A stretch of DNA of 63,914 nucleotides, filler included. It is 4 parts of 4 records of this genome, joined end to end, with 100 filler letters (N's around TTAATTAATTAA, not from the genome) between each part and the next. Parts side by side here need not be neighbours in the genome. Positions count along the whole stretch, not along the records: positions 41,246 to 58,536 come from SRR20825006_2327; positions 58,637 to 63,914 come from SRR20825006_2383; 2 more parts are not named here. The stretch is one strand, 5' to 3'. The position numbers were made by a program, and so were the translations under genes. Below are positions 55,420 through 63,914 of the stretch, piece after piece. The first letter of the stretch is position 1, and each line of letters starts with the position of its first letter. The notes below the pieces were generated by a model. The model saw only the letters and a program-made list of their open reading frames with translations, was not told the origin of the DNA and searched no databases.

Positions 55420-55444
55420 CGCGGCGGCAAAAAAGACCGCCGCG
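55420..55444. other. Intercistronic hairpin after the TRAP binding-protein gene
   Basis: CGCGGCGG-N9-CCGCCGCG, at a typical mRNA-stabilising position. Confidence 0.55.
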
Positions 55445-55455
55445 CCCATCTGTGC

Positions 55456-56445
55456 TTACTGAGTTTCCTGAATACGCTTGACCATGTCTTTCAGCTTTTC
55501 GCTGGTGACATGCTTCTCGTAGACAGGCCCCATGGCTTCAATGAACGGGGTCTTGTCGATATCGGTGATGATCTCGACGCCGGCCTCGCGGACGATGGCT
55601 TCAGATTGGGCCTCACGTTCAGCCCATTTTTCGCGCTGATACTCGACAGATTCCTTTGCGGTCTGGCGGACACAAGCCTGATCTTCCGGGGACAGCTTGT
55701 CCCAGGTGGATTTCGACATCACCAGTACTTCCGGAACGATCAGGTGCTGATCGAGCGTGTAGTAGGGCGCGACGTCGTAGTGACTGGACGACTCGAATGA
55801 CGGCCAGTTGTTTTCCGCACCATCGATAACACCGGTCTGGATTGAGGAATAAACCTCACCATATGGCATCGGGGTCGCGTTGGCACCCAGGGCGTTGACC
55901 ATGTCGACGAAGATATCGGACTGCATCACACGGAACTTCATTCCGTCCAGATCGTCAATTGACGTGATCGGCTTTTCGCGGTTGTAGAAGGAGCGCGAAC
56001 CACCATCGTAGAACGCCAGACCAACGAGGCCGTAGGGTTCAAAGGCAGCAAGAATTTCTTCGCCGACCTCGCCGTCCATAACCTTGTGCATATGGTCGGT
56101 GGAACGGAAGATATAGGGCAGAGACGGGATCTGCGTTTCCTCGATCAGTCCGTTAAACGGCCCGAGGCTCACGCGCAGCATATCGATCACGCCGAAACGG
56201 GCCTGCTCGATGGTATCCTTTTCCTCCCCGAGCTGCGCTGAATCATACACATCAATGGCTATGCCACCGCTTGTGCATTCCTCAAGGCGTTCGCTCATGT
56301 ATTCGACGGCAACAACCGTCGGGTAGCCCGCCGGATGCGTATCCGACGAGCGCAATGTCATGTCTGCAGCATTTGCTGAAACAGCGCCTGTCGCGACGAT
56401 CGCGACGGTTGCAATTCCCACTCCCAGTTCTTTCAAGCTTTTCAT
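55456..56445 (-). CDS. TRAP substrate-binding protein (DctP), probably for a uronate
   Basis: Signal peptide; [34 protein letters not shown]. Confidence 0.94.
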   Translation of the reverse strand: MKSLKELGVGIATVAIVATGAVSANAADMTLRSSDTHPAGYPTVVAVEYMSERLEECTSGGIAIDVYDSAQLGEEKDTIEQARFGVIDMLRVSLGPFNGLIEETQIPSLPYIFRSTDHMHKVMDGEVGEEILAAFEPYGLVGLAFYDGGSRSFYNREKPITSIDDLDGMKFRVMQSDIFVDMVNALGANATPMPYGEVYSSIQTGVIDGAENNWPSFESSSHYDVAPYYTLDQHLIVPEVLVMSKSTWDKLSPEDQACVRQTAKESVEYQREKWAEREAQSEAIVREAGVEIITDIDKTPFIEAMGPVYEKHVTSEKLKDMVKRIQETQ

Positions 56446-56477
56446 TAGGTCCTCTCCCTGCTTGAAAATGGCTGCTT

Positions 56478-57881
56478 TTACAGCCTGTAAGCGCGCTTCA
56501 CCAAATTATAGGTCAAGTCACGCGCGACCTCGGGTGCCTCGTCCTCGGCGAGACGCCCTGTGGCGACGAGTGTCGCCAAGAACGCACAGTCGACGCGGCG
56601 AGCGACATCATGGCGCGCGGGTATCGAGCAGAATGCGCGCGTGTCGTCGTTGAAGCCGACTGTGTTATAAAAACCTGCAGTTTCCGTCATCATCTCACGG
56701 TAGCGGCGCATCCCTTCGGGGCTGTCGTGGAACCACCAGGCCGGACCGGCCTTGAGTGACGGGTAAACACCGACGAGCGGCGCCAGTTCACGCGAATAGC
56801 TGGTTTCATCCAGCGTGAAGAGAATAACCGAGAGCTTCGGGTTCATCCCGACGGCATTGAGAAGCGGACGCAGATCACGGACGTAGTTTGTCTGCGTCGG
56901 GATATCAAAGCCCTTGTCACGACCGAAGCGGGCCATGACGTCTTCATTGTGATTGCGCATCGAACCGGGGTGGATCTGCAGAACCAGGCCATCTTCAATG
57001 CTCATGCGCGCCATCTCGGTCAGCATGTGACCGCGGAAGGCATCGGCTTCTTCTGCTGTGCAGTCTCCCTTCAAGGCCTTGGCAAAGAGTGCTTCTGCTT
57101 CGGCCTTTGGCAGGTCTTCGGTACGTGCGGTCGGGTGGCCGTGGTCGGTCGAGGTTGCGCCAAATTCTTTAAAGAAGGCGCGGCGAACACGGTGCGCTTC
57201 GAGATATTTGTCATAGTTTGTTGTATCGAGGCCTGTGATTTCACCAAACTTTTTGACGTTTTCGGCAAAGCCCTCGAAGTCCGGATCAACAACCGGATCG
57301 GGGCGGTAGGCGGTGACAACCTTACCACCGGTCCAGCCGGAATCCCTGATCATCTTGTGCCATTTCAGATCGTCCAGCGGGCTTTCCGTCGTCGCGATTA
57401 CTTCGATATTGAAGCGTTCAAACAGCGCACGCGGACGGAATTCCGGTTTCTGCAGGCAGTCATTGATGTGATCGTAGAATTCGTCTGCCGTTTCCGGACC
57501 AAAGCGTTTGGTCAGGCCAAATACATGCTCGAAGGAATGTTCGAGCCAGCCTCGGCTGGGTGTGCCGCGCAGAAGGTAGAAGTTTTCGGCAAACAGGCGC
57601 CAGATCTTGCGGCTGTCCGTTTCGGTTTCGCCACCATCGGCGCGCGGAACGCCCAAAGCCGTCAGATCGACACCCTGCGAACAAAGCATACGGAAAACGT
57701 AATGGTCGGGAACAACAAAAAGCTTGGCCGGGTCCGGGAAAGGTTCGTTTTCAGCATACCAGCGCGGGTCGGTGTGACCGTGCGGACTGACGATCGGAAG
57801 TGTGCTGACTTCATTGTAAAGCGAACGTGCAATATCCCGTGCACGCGGTTCGATCGGAAAGAGCCGGTCTTTGTCGAGCAT
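56478..57881 (-). CDS. uxaC: Glucuronate/uronate isomerase
   Basis: [45 protein letters not shown]. Confidence 0.96.
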   Translation of the reverse strand: MLDKDRLFPIEPRARDIARSLYNEVSTLPIVSPHGHTDPRWYAENEPFPDPAKLFVVPDHYVFRMLCSQGVDLTALGVPRADGGETETDSRKIWRLFAENFYLLRGTPSRGWLEHSFEHVFGLTKRFGPETADEFYDHINDCLQKPEFRPRALFERFNIEVIATTESPLDDLKWHKMIRDSGWTGGKVVTAYRPDPVVDPDFEGFAENVKKFGEITGLDTTNYDKYLEAHRVRRAFFKEFGATSTDHGHPTARTEDLPKAEAEALFAKALKGDCTAEEADAFRGHMLTEMARMSIEDGLVLQIHPGSMRNHNEDVMARFGRDKGFDIPTQTNYVRDLRPLLNAVGMNPKLSVILFTLDETSYSRELAPLVGVYPSLKAGPAWWFHDSPEGMRRYREMMTETAGFYNTVGFNDDTRAFCSIPARHDVARRVDCAFLATLVATGRLAEDEAPEVARDLTYNLVKRAYRL

Positions 57882-57951
57882 ATTTGACCTCCCCAGATAT
57901 GGGCTTTGGTGTCGCGTCTGAAAAAAAAGCGCGATTGCATTTCACGAGAAA

Positions 57952-57965
57952 ACTAATATGTTAGT
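57952..57965. promoter_or_regulatory. Candidate GntR operator
   Basis: Imperfect palindrome ACTAATATGTTAGT between the divergent uxaC and gntR genes. Confidence 0.55.
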
Positions 57966-57993
57966 ATGCACCAAGTGTCAATGGGAGGTCTTG

Positions 57994-58536
57994 ATGGCCG
58001 GGAAACTAAATATCGGGGCTCTGGAGCCGATGCGGTCACCATCCGTAACAGATTTGGTTTATGAGCACCTTTACAAGCAGGTTGTAGAAACGGATCTGCC
58101 GCCTGGTGCCAAGTTGTCGGAAGTGGAGGTGGCCCGTCAACTCGGTGTCTCGCGTCAGCCCGTGCGTGATGCGTTTTATCGGTTGTCTCAGCAAGGCTTT
58201 CTGCTTATACGCCCGCAACGTGCAACGCTTGTGACGCCGATTTCTGTCGAGGCGGTCATGCAGGCGCATTTCATTCGTTCATCGCTGGAGATGGCGACCG
58301 TGAAGGCCGCCGTGGAAATGGGCCCGGAGCGTGACACAAGCGTGCTGGATGAAATGCTCGACAAGCAGCGCGAGGCTTATGAAGCCGGTGACAAGGCATT
58401 GTTCCACCAGCTTGATGATGAATTTCACAAGATCATCTGCGAGCTTTCCGGTCACGGTTACACCTGGTCATTGATTCGCGAACATAAGGCGCATATGGAC
58501 CGGGTGCGCTATCTTTCGCTTTCCTTTACCGCGAAC
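57994..58536 (+). CDS. GntR family regulator (FCD domain), 3'-truncated
   Basis: LPPGAKLSEVEVARQLGVSRQPVRDAF; LDDEFH; GGGAGG RBS. Confidence 0.93.
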
Positions 58537-58636
58537 NNNNNNNNNNNNNNNNNNNNNNNNNNNNNNNNNNNNNNNNNNNNTTAATTAATTAANNNNNNNN
58601 NNNNNNNNNNNNNNNNNNNNNNNNNNNNNNNNNNNN
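58537..58636. other. Artificial contig spacer
   Basis: 44 N + TTAATTAATTAA + 44 N. Confidence 0.97.
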
Positions 58637-58727
58637 CCAGATGCGTCGGCTTGCGCTATCCTGCCTGATCAGGTCCGTCCGGGTCTGATCAGGATACGTA
58701 TTCCAGCAGAAGCGGAGGGGCTCGCGC

Positions 58728-59567
58728 GTGGATTTCCTGACCGAGTACAAGATCCCGGTGGGGCGTTTTGCTGCCGACATTTTCGATTGGCTGCAGGACA
58801 ACGGTGCGTGGTTCTTCGACGGCCTCGCCGAGATCATGACCCGGCTCATCGACGGGTTTCTCTGGGTCCTGCAAACGCCGCCCGAACTGGTGGTCGTCGC
58901 CTTCTTCGCCCTGCTGGCGTGGTGGCTGCAGAAGAGCTGGAAGATGGCGCTTTTTGTCACCCTCGGCTTTCTCTTCATCATCAACCAGGGCTACTGGAAG
59001 GAAACGACGGAGAGCCTGACGCTGGTCGTGTCCGCCTGTCTGGTCTGCATGGCGATCGGCGTTCCGGTGGGCATCGCCACCGCGCATCGCCCCAACCTTT
59101 ATCGGGTGCTCCAGCCGGTCCTCGACCTGATGCAGACGCTGCCGACCTTCGTCTATCTCATCCCGGCGATCGTCTTCTTCGGCATCGGCATGGTTCCGGG
59201 TCTGCTGGCAACCGTGGTCTTCGTGCTTCCGGCCCCCATCCGTCTCACCCATCTCGGCGTTTCCTCCACGCCGATGCCGCTGCTCGAAGCCGCCGACTCG
59301 TTCGGCGCGACCGGGTGGCAGAAGCTCACCAAGGTTGAGCTTCCCTATGCCATGCCTCAGATCATGGCCGGCCTGAACCAGGCCATCATGCTCTCGCTCT
59401 CCATGGTCGTGGTTGCCGCGCTGGTCGGCGCCAACGGGCTCGGCGTTCCGGTCGTGCGCGCGCTGAACCAGGTCAACACGGCCCTCGGCTTCGAGAGTGG
59501 CTTCATCATCGTGGTCGTGGCGATCATGCTCGACCGCGTGCTTCGCATCCGGGGGCGCCGCGCATGA
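58728..59567 (+). CDS. choW: Choline/glycine-betaine ABC transporter permease
   Basis: KIPVG, LDLMQTLPTFVYLIP, PIRLTHLG, MAGLNQAIMLSLSMVV; GGAGG RBS. Confidence 0.88.
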   Translation: MDFLTEYKIPVGRFAADIFDWLQDNGAWFFDGLAEIMTRLIDGFLWVLQTPPELVVVAFFALLAWWLQKSWKMALFVTLGFLFIINQGYWKETTESLTLVVSACLVCMAIGVPVGIATAHRPNLYRVLQPVLDLMQTLPTFVYLIPAIVFFGIGMVPGLLATVVFVLPAPIRLTHLGVSSTPMPLLEAADSFGATGWQKLTKVELPYAMPQIMAGLNQAIMLSLSMVVVAALVGANGLGVPVVRALNQVNTALGFESGFIIVVVAIMLDRVLRIRGRRA

Positions 59568-60655
59568 GCACCATCGAACCGACCGCAGACCCGGCCGCGA
59601 CCGGCGACACGCGCCAGAGCGCCGTCGTGTTCGACAATGTCAGCATCGTCTTCGGCGACAAGCCGCAGCTGGCGCTGCCGCTGATGGACGCCGGCCAGAG
59701 CCGGTCGGACATCCAGTCGGAGACCGGCCAGGTGCTCGGCGTGCACAATTGTTCGCTGACGGTCGCCGAAGGCGAGATCCTCGTCCTGATGGGGCTGTCG
59801 GGGTCGGGCAAGTCGACCCTTCTGCGCGCCGTCAACAGCCTCAATCCGGTGGTCCGCGGCCACGTCCTGGTCAACGACCGCGGGACGATGATCGACGTCA
59901 CCAACGCCGACGCGAAGACGCTGCGCCGGGTGCGCCTGTCCTGTGTCGCCATGGTGTTCCAGCAGTTCGGCCTGCTGCCATGGCGCAACGTGATCGACAA
60001 TGTCGGTCTCGGGCTCGAGTTCGCCGGCATGTCGCGTCAGGCGCGCGAAGAGAAGTGCCGGCACCAGCTGGAGCTGGTCGGCTTGTCCGACTGGGAGGAC
60101 CGCCTCGTCGGCGAGTTGTCCGGCGGCATGCAGCAGCGCGTCGGCCTGTCCCGGGCGTTCGCCACCGAGGCGCCGATCCTCTTGATGGACGAGCCCTTCT
60201 CGGCGCTGGATCCGTTGATCCGCAACCGGCTGCAGGACGAGCTCCTGGAGCTCCAGCACAACCTCAAGCGCACCATCATCTTCGTCAGCCACGATCTCGA
60301 CGAGGCGTTCAAGCTTGGCGATCGCATCGCCATCATGGAGGGCGGCCGGATCGTCCAGTGCGGCACCCCGCCGGAGATCATCCGCAACCCGGCCAACGAG
60401 TACGTCGCCGATTTCGTCGCCCACATGAACCCGCTGGGTGTGCTCAGGGCGAGCGACGTGATGGTCGACGGGGAGGCGCCCGCCGGCTCCGACGACATCC
60501 ATGCCGACACCAAGTTGCAGGACGTCATGGAGCCGCTGAACGAGGGACGCGTACTGAACGTCACCTCGGAGGAGGGCGAGCACCTGGGCGTCATTCGTCC
60601 GAAGGAAATCGTCTCGGCGCTCACGCCGCGGGAGCGGCCAGAGACGACAGAATAG
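59564..60655 (+). CDS. choV: Choline/glycine-betaine ABC transporter ATPase
   Basis: GLSGSGKS, LSGGMQQRVG, LMDEPFSALDPLIR, YVADFVAHMNPL. Confidence 0.9.
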   Translation: MSTIEPTADPAATGDTRQSAVVFDNVSIVFGDKPQLALPLMDAGQSRSDIQSETGQVLGVHNCSLTVAEGEILVLMGLSGSGKSTLLRAVNSLNPVVRGHVLVNDRGTMIDVTNADAKTLRRVRLSCVAMVFQQFGLLPWRNVIDNVGLGLEFAGMSRQAREEKCRHQLELVGLSDWEDRLVGELSGGMQQRVGLSRAFATEAPILLMDEPFSALDPLIRNRLQDELLELQHNLKRTIIFVSHDLDEAFKLGDRIAIMEGGRIVQCGTPPEIIRNPANEYVADFVAHMNPLGVLRASDVMVDGEAPAGSDDIHADTKLQDVMEPLNEGRVLNVTSEEGEHLGVIRPKEIVSALTPRERPETTE

Positions 60656-60869
60656 CCGACCTGGCTCCCGTAACGTCTTCGCGGTGCCGCGCACGAGCCG
60701 GCGCCGGGTCGTGACTTGCGTGCGCCCTTCGCCCACCTGCTGCACGTTCCGTGCGGAATAAGGCCGGGTGTGCGTGACTATGCATGCACGTTGCGGCGTT
60801 GGTCGCGGATACTGGCTGGAAAGGGTCGGACGGCAACGTGCTGCCCCGCCCGCAGCCAGGGAGCCCACC

Positions 60870-61982
60870 ATGGGACCGTTTCCGCACGACGCGCCGCCCG
60901 CCGAAATCACCGCCGCCAACCCCGCCGGCACCGATGGCTTCGAGTTCGTGGAGTTCTCCAGCGAGGAGCCGGAGGCGCTCGAGGCGCTGTTTGCCCGCAT
61001 GGGGTTCGTGCCCGTCGCGCGGCACCGCAGCAAGCAGATCACGCTGTGGCGTCAGGGCGACGTCAACTACCTGCTGAACGCAGAACCGGGCAGCTTCGGC
61101 CGCCGCTTCGTGGAGGAGCACGGGCCCTGCGCCCCGTCGATGGCCTGGCGCGTGGTCGATGCCCGGCACGCCTTCGAGCACGCCGTGGCCAAGGGGGCGA
61201 CGCCCTACGCGGGCGACGACAAGAGCCTGGACGTGCCGGCGATCGTCGGCATCGGCGGCTCGCTGCTCTATTTCGTCGACACCTACGGCGACAAGGGCTC
61301 ACCCTACGCGGCCGAGTTCGAGTGGCTCGGGGACGCCGATCCGCGGCCCGAGGGCGTCGGCTTCTATTATCTCGACCACCTGACCCACAACGTCTATCGT
61401 GGCAACATGGACAAGTGGTGGGCGTTCTACCGGGAGCTGTTCGGCTTCACCCAGATCCACTTCTTCGACATAGAGGGCAAGCTGACCGGCCTGGTCAGCC
61501 GGGCGATCACCTCGCCGTGCGGCAAGATCCGCATTCCGCTGAACGAGTCCACCGACGACAAGAGCCAGATCGAGAGCTACCTCCGGAAATACCGGGGCGA
61601 GGGCATCCAGCACATCGCGGTGGGCACCGAGGCGATCTACGACGCCACCGACCGGCTCGCCGACAACGGCCTCCTGTTCATGCCCGGCCCGCCGGACACC
61701 TATTACGAGCGGTCGTTCGATCGGGTGAAAGGGCACGACGAGCCCATCGACCGGATGAAGAAGCATGGCATCCTGATCGATGGCGAGGGCGTCGTGGGGG
61801 GTGGCCAAACGAAGATCCTGCTGCAGATCTTCTCCAAGACGGTGATCGGCCCGATCTTCTTCGAGTTCATCCAGCGGAAGGGCGACGAGGGATTCGGGGA
61901 GGGCAATTTCCGCGCCCTCTTCGAGTCCATCGAGGAGGAGCAGATCCGCAGCGGCGAGATCTCGGCGACCGCGGCTGAATAG
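60870..61982 (+). CDS. hppD: 4-hydroxyphenylpyruvate dioxygenase
   Basis: MGPFPHDAP, NPAGTDGFEFVEF, DHLTHNV, GEGIQHIA, FFEFIQRKGDEGFGEGNF. Confidence 0.97.
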   Translation: MGPFPHDAPPAEITAANPAGTDGFEFVEFSSEEPEALEALFARMGFVPVARHRSKQITLWRQGDVNYLLNAEPGSFGRRFVEEHGPCAPSMAWRVVDARHAFEHAVAKGATPYAGDDKSLDVPAIVGIGGSLLYFVDTYGDKGSPYAAEFEWLGDADPRPEGVGFYYLDHLTHNVYRGNMDKWWAFYRELFGFTQIHFFDIEGKLTGLVSRAITSPCGKIRIPLNESTDDKSQIESYLRKYRGEGIQHIAVGTEAIYDATDRLADNGLLFMPGPPDTYYERSFDRVKGHDEPIDRMKKHGILIDGEGVVGGGQTKILLQIFSKTVIGPIFFEFIQRKGDEGFGEGNFRALFESIEEEQIRSGEISATAAE

Positions 61983-62017
61983 TCCGTCCCGCGCATTGGC
62001 GCTTTGACCACCATGAC

Positions 62018-62044
62018 GCCCGCGGCTCGCGCCGCGGGCTTTTT
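62018..62044 (+). terminator. Intrinsic terminator of hppD
   Basis: GCCCGCGGC-TCGC-GCCGCGGGC followed by TTTTT. Confidence 0.9.
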
Positions 62045-62339
62045 CGTGCGCGCGGGTCTGAAGGGCGTCAGGAGGGGCAACAGCCACACGCAACCTTCGC
62101 TCCATAATGTCGGGGCGTTCGGCACGGGAATCCGCGGTTTCCGGTCGCGTCCGCAGCCGCCGACCGTGCAGACGACGCATCCGCAGTGGGTTGGAGGTGG
62201 CGACGACCGGGTCCGACGACACCTGAGGAGCCTGCCGCGGATCATTGATCTGCAATTGAAGTGGTGCGTGAATGGCGGATCGATCCGCCGGCGCGCCGGA
62301 AGGACGGGTTGGTGCGCGATGTATGCGATTAAGGCAACA

Positions 62340-63914
62340 ATGATTCCGAAGTCCCTGCCTATTCGCGCCGGTCTCCTCGATCGCGACGCCACCGCCACCC
62401 TGAAAGTCTTCACGATCGTCTTTCTGATCCTCGTCGGTCTCTTCGTCGTCGGCATCTTCCTGCTCAACGCCATGGACCAGCGCGTCGAGGCCGCCCGCGA
62501 CCGCGTCGGAGCGGCCTTCGCCGTCAAGGAAGCGGTCCGGCAGGCCGACTTTTTCGTCGAGGCGGCAGCCGGCGACGTGCGCATCGTTTCACAGGACCCG
62601 GCCGTGCTCGCGCTCGCCTCCGGCGATGCTTCCGCCATGGCCGAGGTGGCGGCCGACTTCCAAACCTTCCTGAGCGAAAAACCGACCATCACGCAGCTCC
62701 GCTTCCTCGACGACACCGGTATGGAGATGGTGCGGGTGGAGCGCCGGAATGGCGCGATCGTCACCGTCGGAGAGGCAGATCTCCAGGACAAGTCGGCCCG
62801 CTACTACTTCAACAATGCGATGGCGCTGTCGCCCAACGGGATTTACCTGTCAGCGCTCGATCTCAACCTGGAACGCGGCGAGGTGGAAGTCCCCTGGCGC
62901 CCGGTGCTTCGGCTGGCGGTGCCGGTTGCCCGCCCGGACGGCGCGACGGCCGGGCTCGTCGTGATGAACCTCGATGCCCGCGCCTTCATTGCCAGCATCG
63001 AGGGCGTGAGGTTCGCCGGCAACCGGTCGGTGGTCCTGCTCAATGATGCCGGCTACTGGCTAACGGGTGGCACGCTGGAAAAGCGCTGGGGCTTCGTGTT
63101 CGGCACGGACGAAACGCTGGCCCGGACCGACCCCGGGCTGTGGGAGCGCGTGCTGGATACAGGGGCGGGCGATTTCGCCTACGGCGGTGCCGACTATTCT
63201 GTCGCGCCGGTCCGGCCGGCCGACATCCTGGCCCGGGGCAGGGCCGGCATCGATGTTGCCTACGCAGATGAAAGGTGGATCGTGCTGGCGGAGGTGCCGA
63301 AGCCTACGCCGCTGCCCGTGCTTATCGGCTGGCCGCGGATGCTGCTCATCCTCTTCATGTCGGCGCTGATCAGTTTCTTCACGGCGCAATCCGTCGTGGC
63401 GCGCCGTCGCGCCGATGCCGCACGCCAGGCGGCCCAGGCCGAGCTGGTGCACGCGGACCGGCTGGCGAGCCTGGGGAGCCTAGTGGCGGGCGTGGCACAC
63501 GAGTTGAACACGCCGCTCGGCAACGCCCTGGCGGTGGGCACGACGCTGTCGGAACGGGTCGGCACCCTGAAAGCCAGTGTGGAGGACGGCCGCATCCAGC
63601 GCTCCGCGCTCGACAGCCTGCTCAACGACATTCTCGGTGGCACCGCCCTGTTGGTGCGCGGGGTGGAGCGCGCCGCCGAGATCGTCCGCCATTTCAAGCA
63701 GGTGTCCGTCGACCAGACGATCGATCGACGGCGCACCTTCGAGATGGCGACATTCGTCCAGGACATCGCCGGCTCGCTGGAGCCCCAGTTTCGCGGCACC
63801 AACCTTGACTTGCGGACGGACATCAGGTCGAAAGCGGTCCTCGACGGCTATCCCGGCACGCTAGCCCAGGTGGTCACCAACCTGGTGGCCAACGCGCGGA
63901 TTCATGGCTTCGAC
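62340..63914 (+). CDS. Membrane sensor histidine kinase with periplasmic Cache-like domain, 3'-truncated (absent from the ORF track)
   Basis: Hand translation from the ATG at 62340 gives TM1, QLRFLDDTGMEMVRV, QDKSARYYF, YLSALDLNLE, TM2, H-box LASLGSLVAGVAHELNTPLG and N-box QVVTNLVANARIHGF. The frame is open to the window end. Confidence 0.92.
   Translation, partial: MIPKSLPIRAGLLDRDATATLKVFTIVFLILVGLFVVGIFLLNAMDQRVEAARDRVGAAFAVKEAVRQADFFVEAAAGDVRIVSQDPAVLALASGDASAMAEVAADFQTFLSEKPTITQLRFLDDTGMEMVRVERRNGAIVTVGEADLQDKSARYYFNNAMALSPNGIYLSALDLNLERGEVEVPWRPVLRLAVPVARPDGATAGLVVMNLDARAFIASIEGVRFAGNRSVVLLNDAGYWLTGGTLEKRWGFVFGTDETLARTDPGLWERVLDTGAGDFAYGGADYSVAPVRPADILARGRAGIDVAYADERWIVLAEVPKPTPLPVLIGWPRMLLILFMSALISFFTAQSVVARRRADAARQAAQAELVHADRLASLGSLVAGVAHELNTPLGNALAVGTTLSERVGTLKASVEDGRIQRSALDSLLNDILGGTALLVRGVERAAEIVRHFKQVSVDQTIDRRRTFEMATFVQDIAGSLEPQFRGTNLDLRTDIRSKAVLDGYPGTLAQVVTNLVANARIHGFD

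Noticed and set aside
58664-58693. Hairpin CCTGATCAGG...CTGATCAGG before choW as a riboswitch
   Set aside because: No known aptamer features; more likely an ordinary intercistronic stem-loop after the missing binding-protein gene.
62274-62289. Perfect 16-bp palindrome GGCGGATCGATCCGCC upstream of the kinase
   Set aside because: Single GC-rich palindrome in GC-rich DNA with no supporting context; may be chance.
59357-62791. Long alternative ORFs (59357-61042, 59497-60714, 60716-61978, 61299-62255, 61703-62791)
   Set aside because: Shadow frames of choV, hppD and the kinase in very GC-rich DNA; Arg/Ala/Pro-rich with no motifs.
1-63914. rRNA, tRNA, integrase, transposase or prophage genes
   Set aside because: None recognised by eye; a tRNAscan/Infernal run would be needed to exclude small RNAs formally.

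Overview
This window is not one locus. It is four unrelated contigs joined by identical 100-nt artificial spacers (44 N + TTAATTAATTAA + 44 N) at 11788-11887, 41146-41245 and 58537-58636. Taxonomy below is inferred from gene content, protein style and base composition. (1) 1-11787, AT-rich, Flavobacteriaceae-like: DUF151 nuclease, CNT nucleoside transporter, thyA, a small accessory patch (orphan membrane protein with an antisense Lys-rich micro-ORF, XRE switch with two palindromic operators, RelE/ParE TA pair, Dabb lipoprotein, REP-like repeats), folA, murI, two skp genes and the 3' part of bamA. A decayed second copy of the bamA 3' end lies directly downstream of bamA. (2) 11888-41145, marine alphaproteobacterium (Kordiimonas-like): miaB-plsC-fur-mucR-rimI-tsaB-nfuA region, PBP1A, group III truncated haemoglobin, senC/regB/regA, mmcB with an SOS box, and a purine-catabolism operon (xdhB-xdhC-aceB-puuD-allA). 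It also has a LapG-type protease flanked by a degenerate membrane HD-GYP protein and a soluble degenerate EAL protein. (3) 41246-58536, Rhizobiales-like: fdhD, gldA, typA, a ferritin-feoA-feoB operon, and a hexuronate cluster (uxaC, TRAP, kdgF-like cupin, kduI, kduD, uxuB-like, uxaA) with a GntR regulator. (4) 58637-63914, very GC-rich alphaproteobacterium: choline/betaine ABC genes, hppD and a truncated Cache-type sensor kinase. I saw no rRNA, tRNA, CRISPR array, integrase or transposase. The best leads are the possible split or non-canonical Lap c-di-GMP circuit (28734-33026) and the bamA allele-replacement scar (10477-10664).
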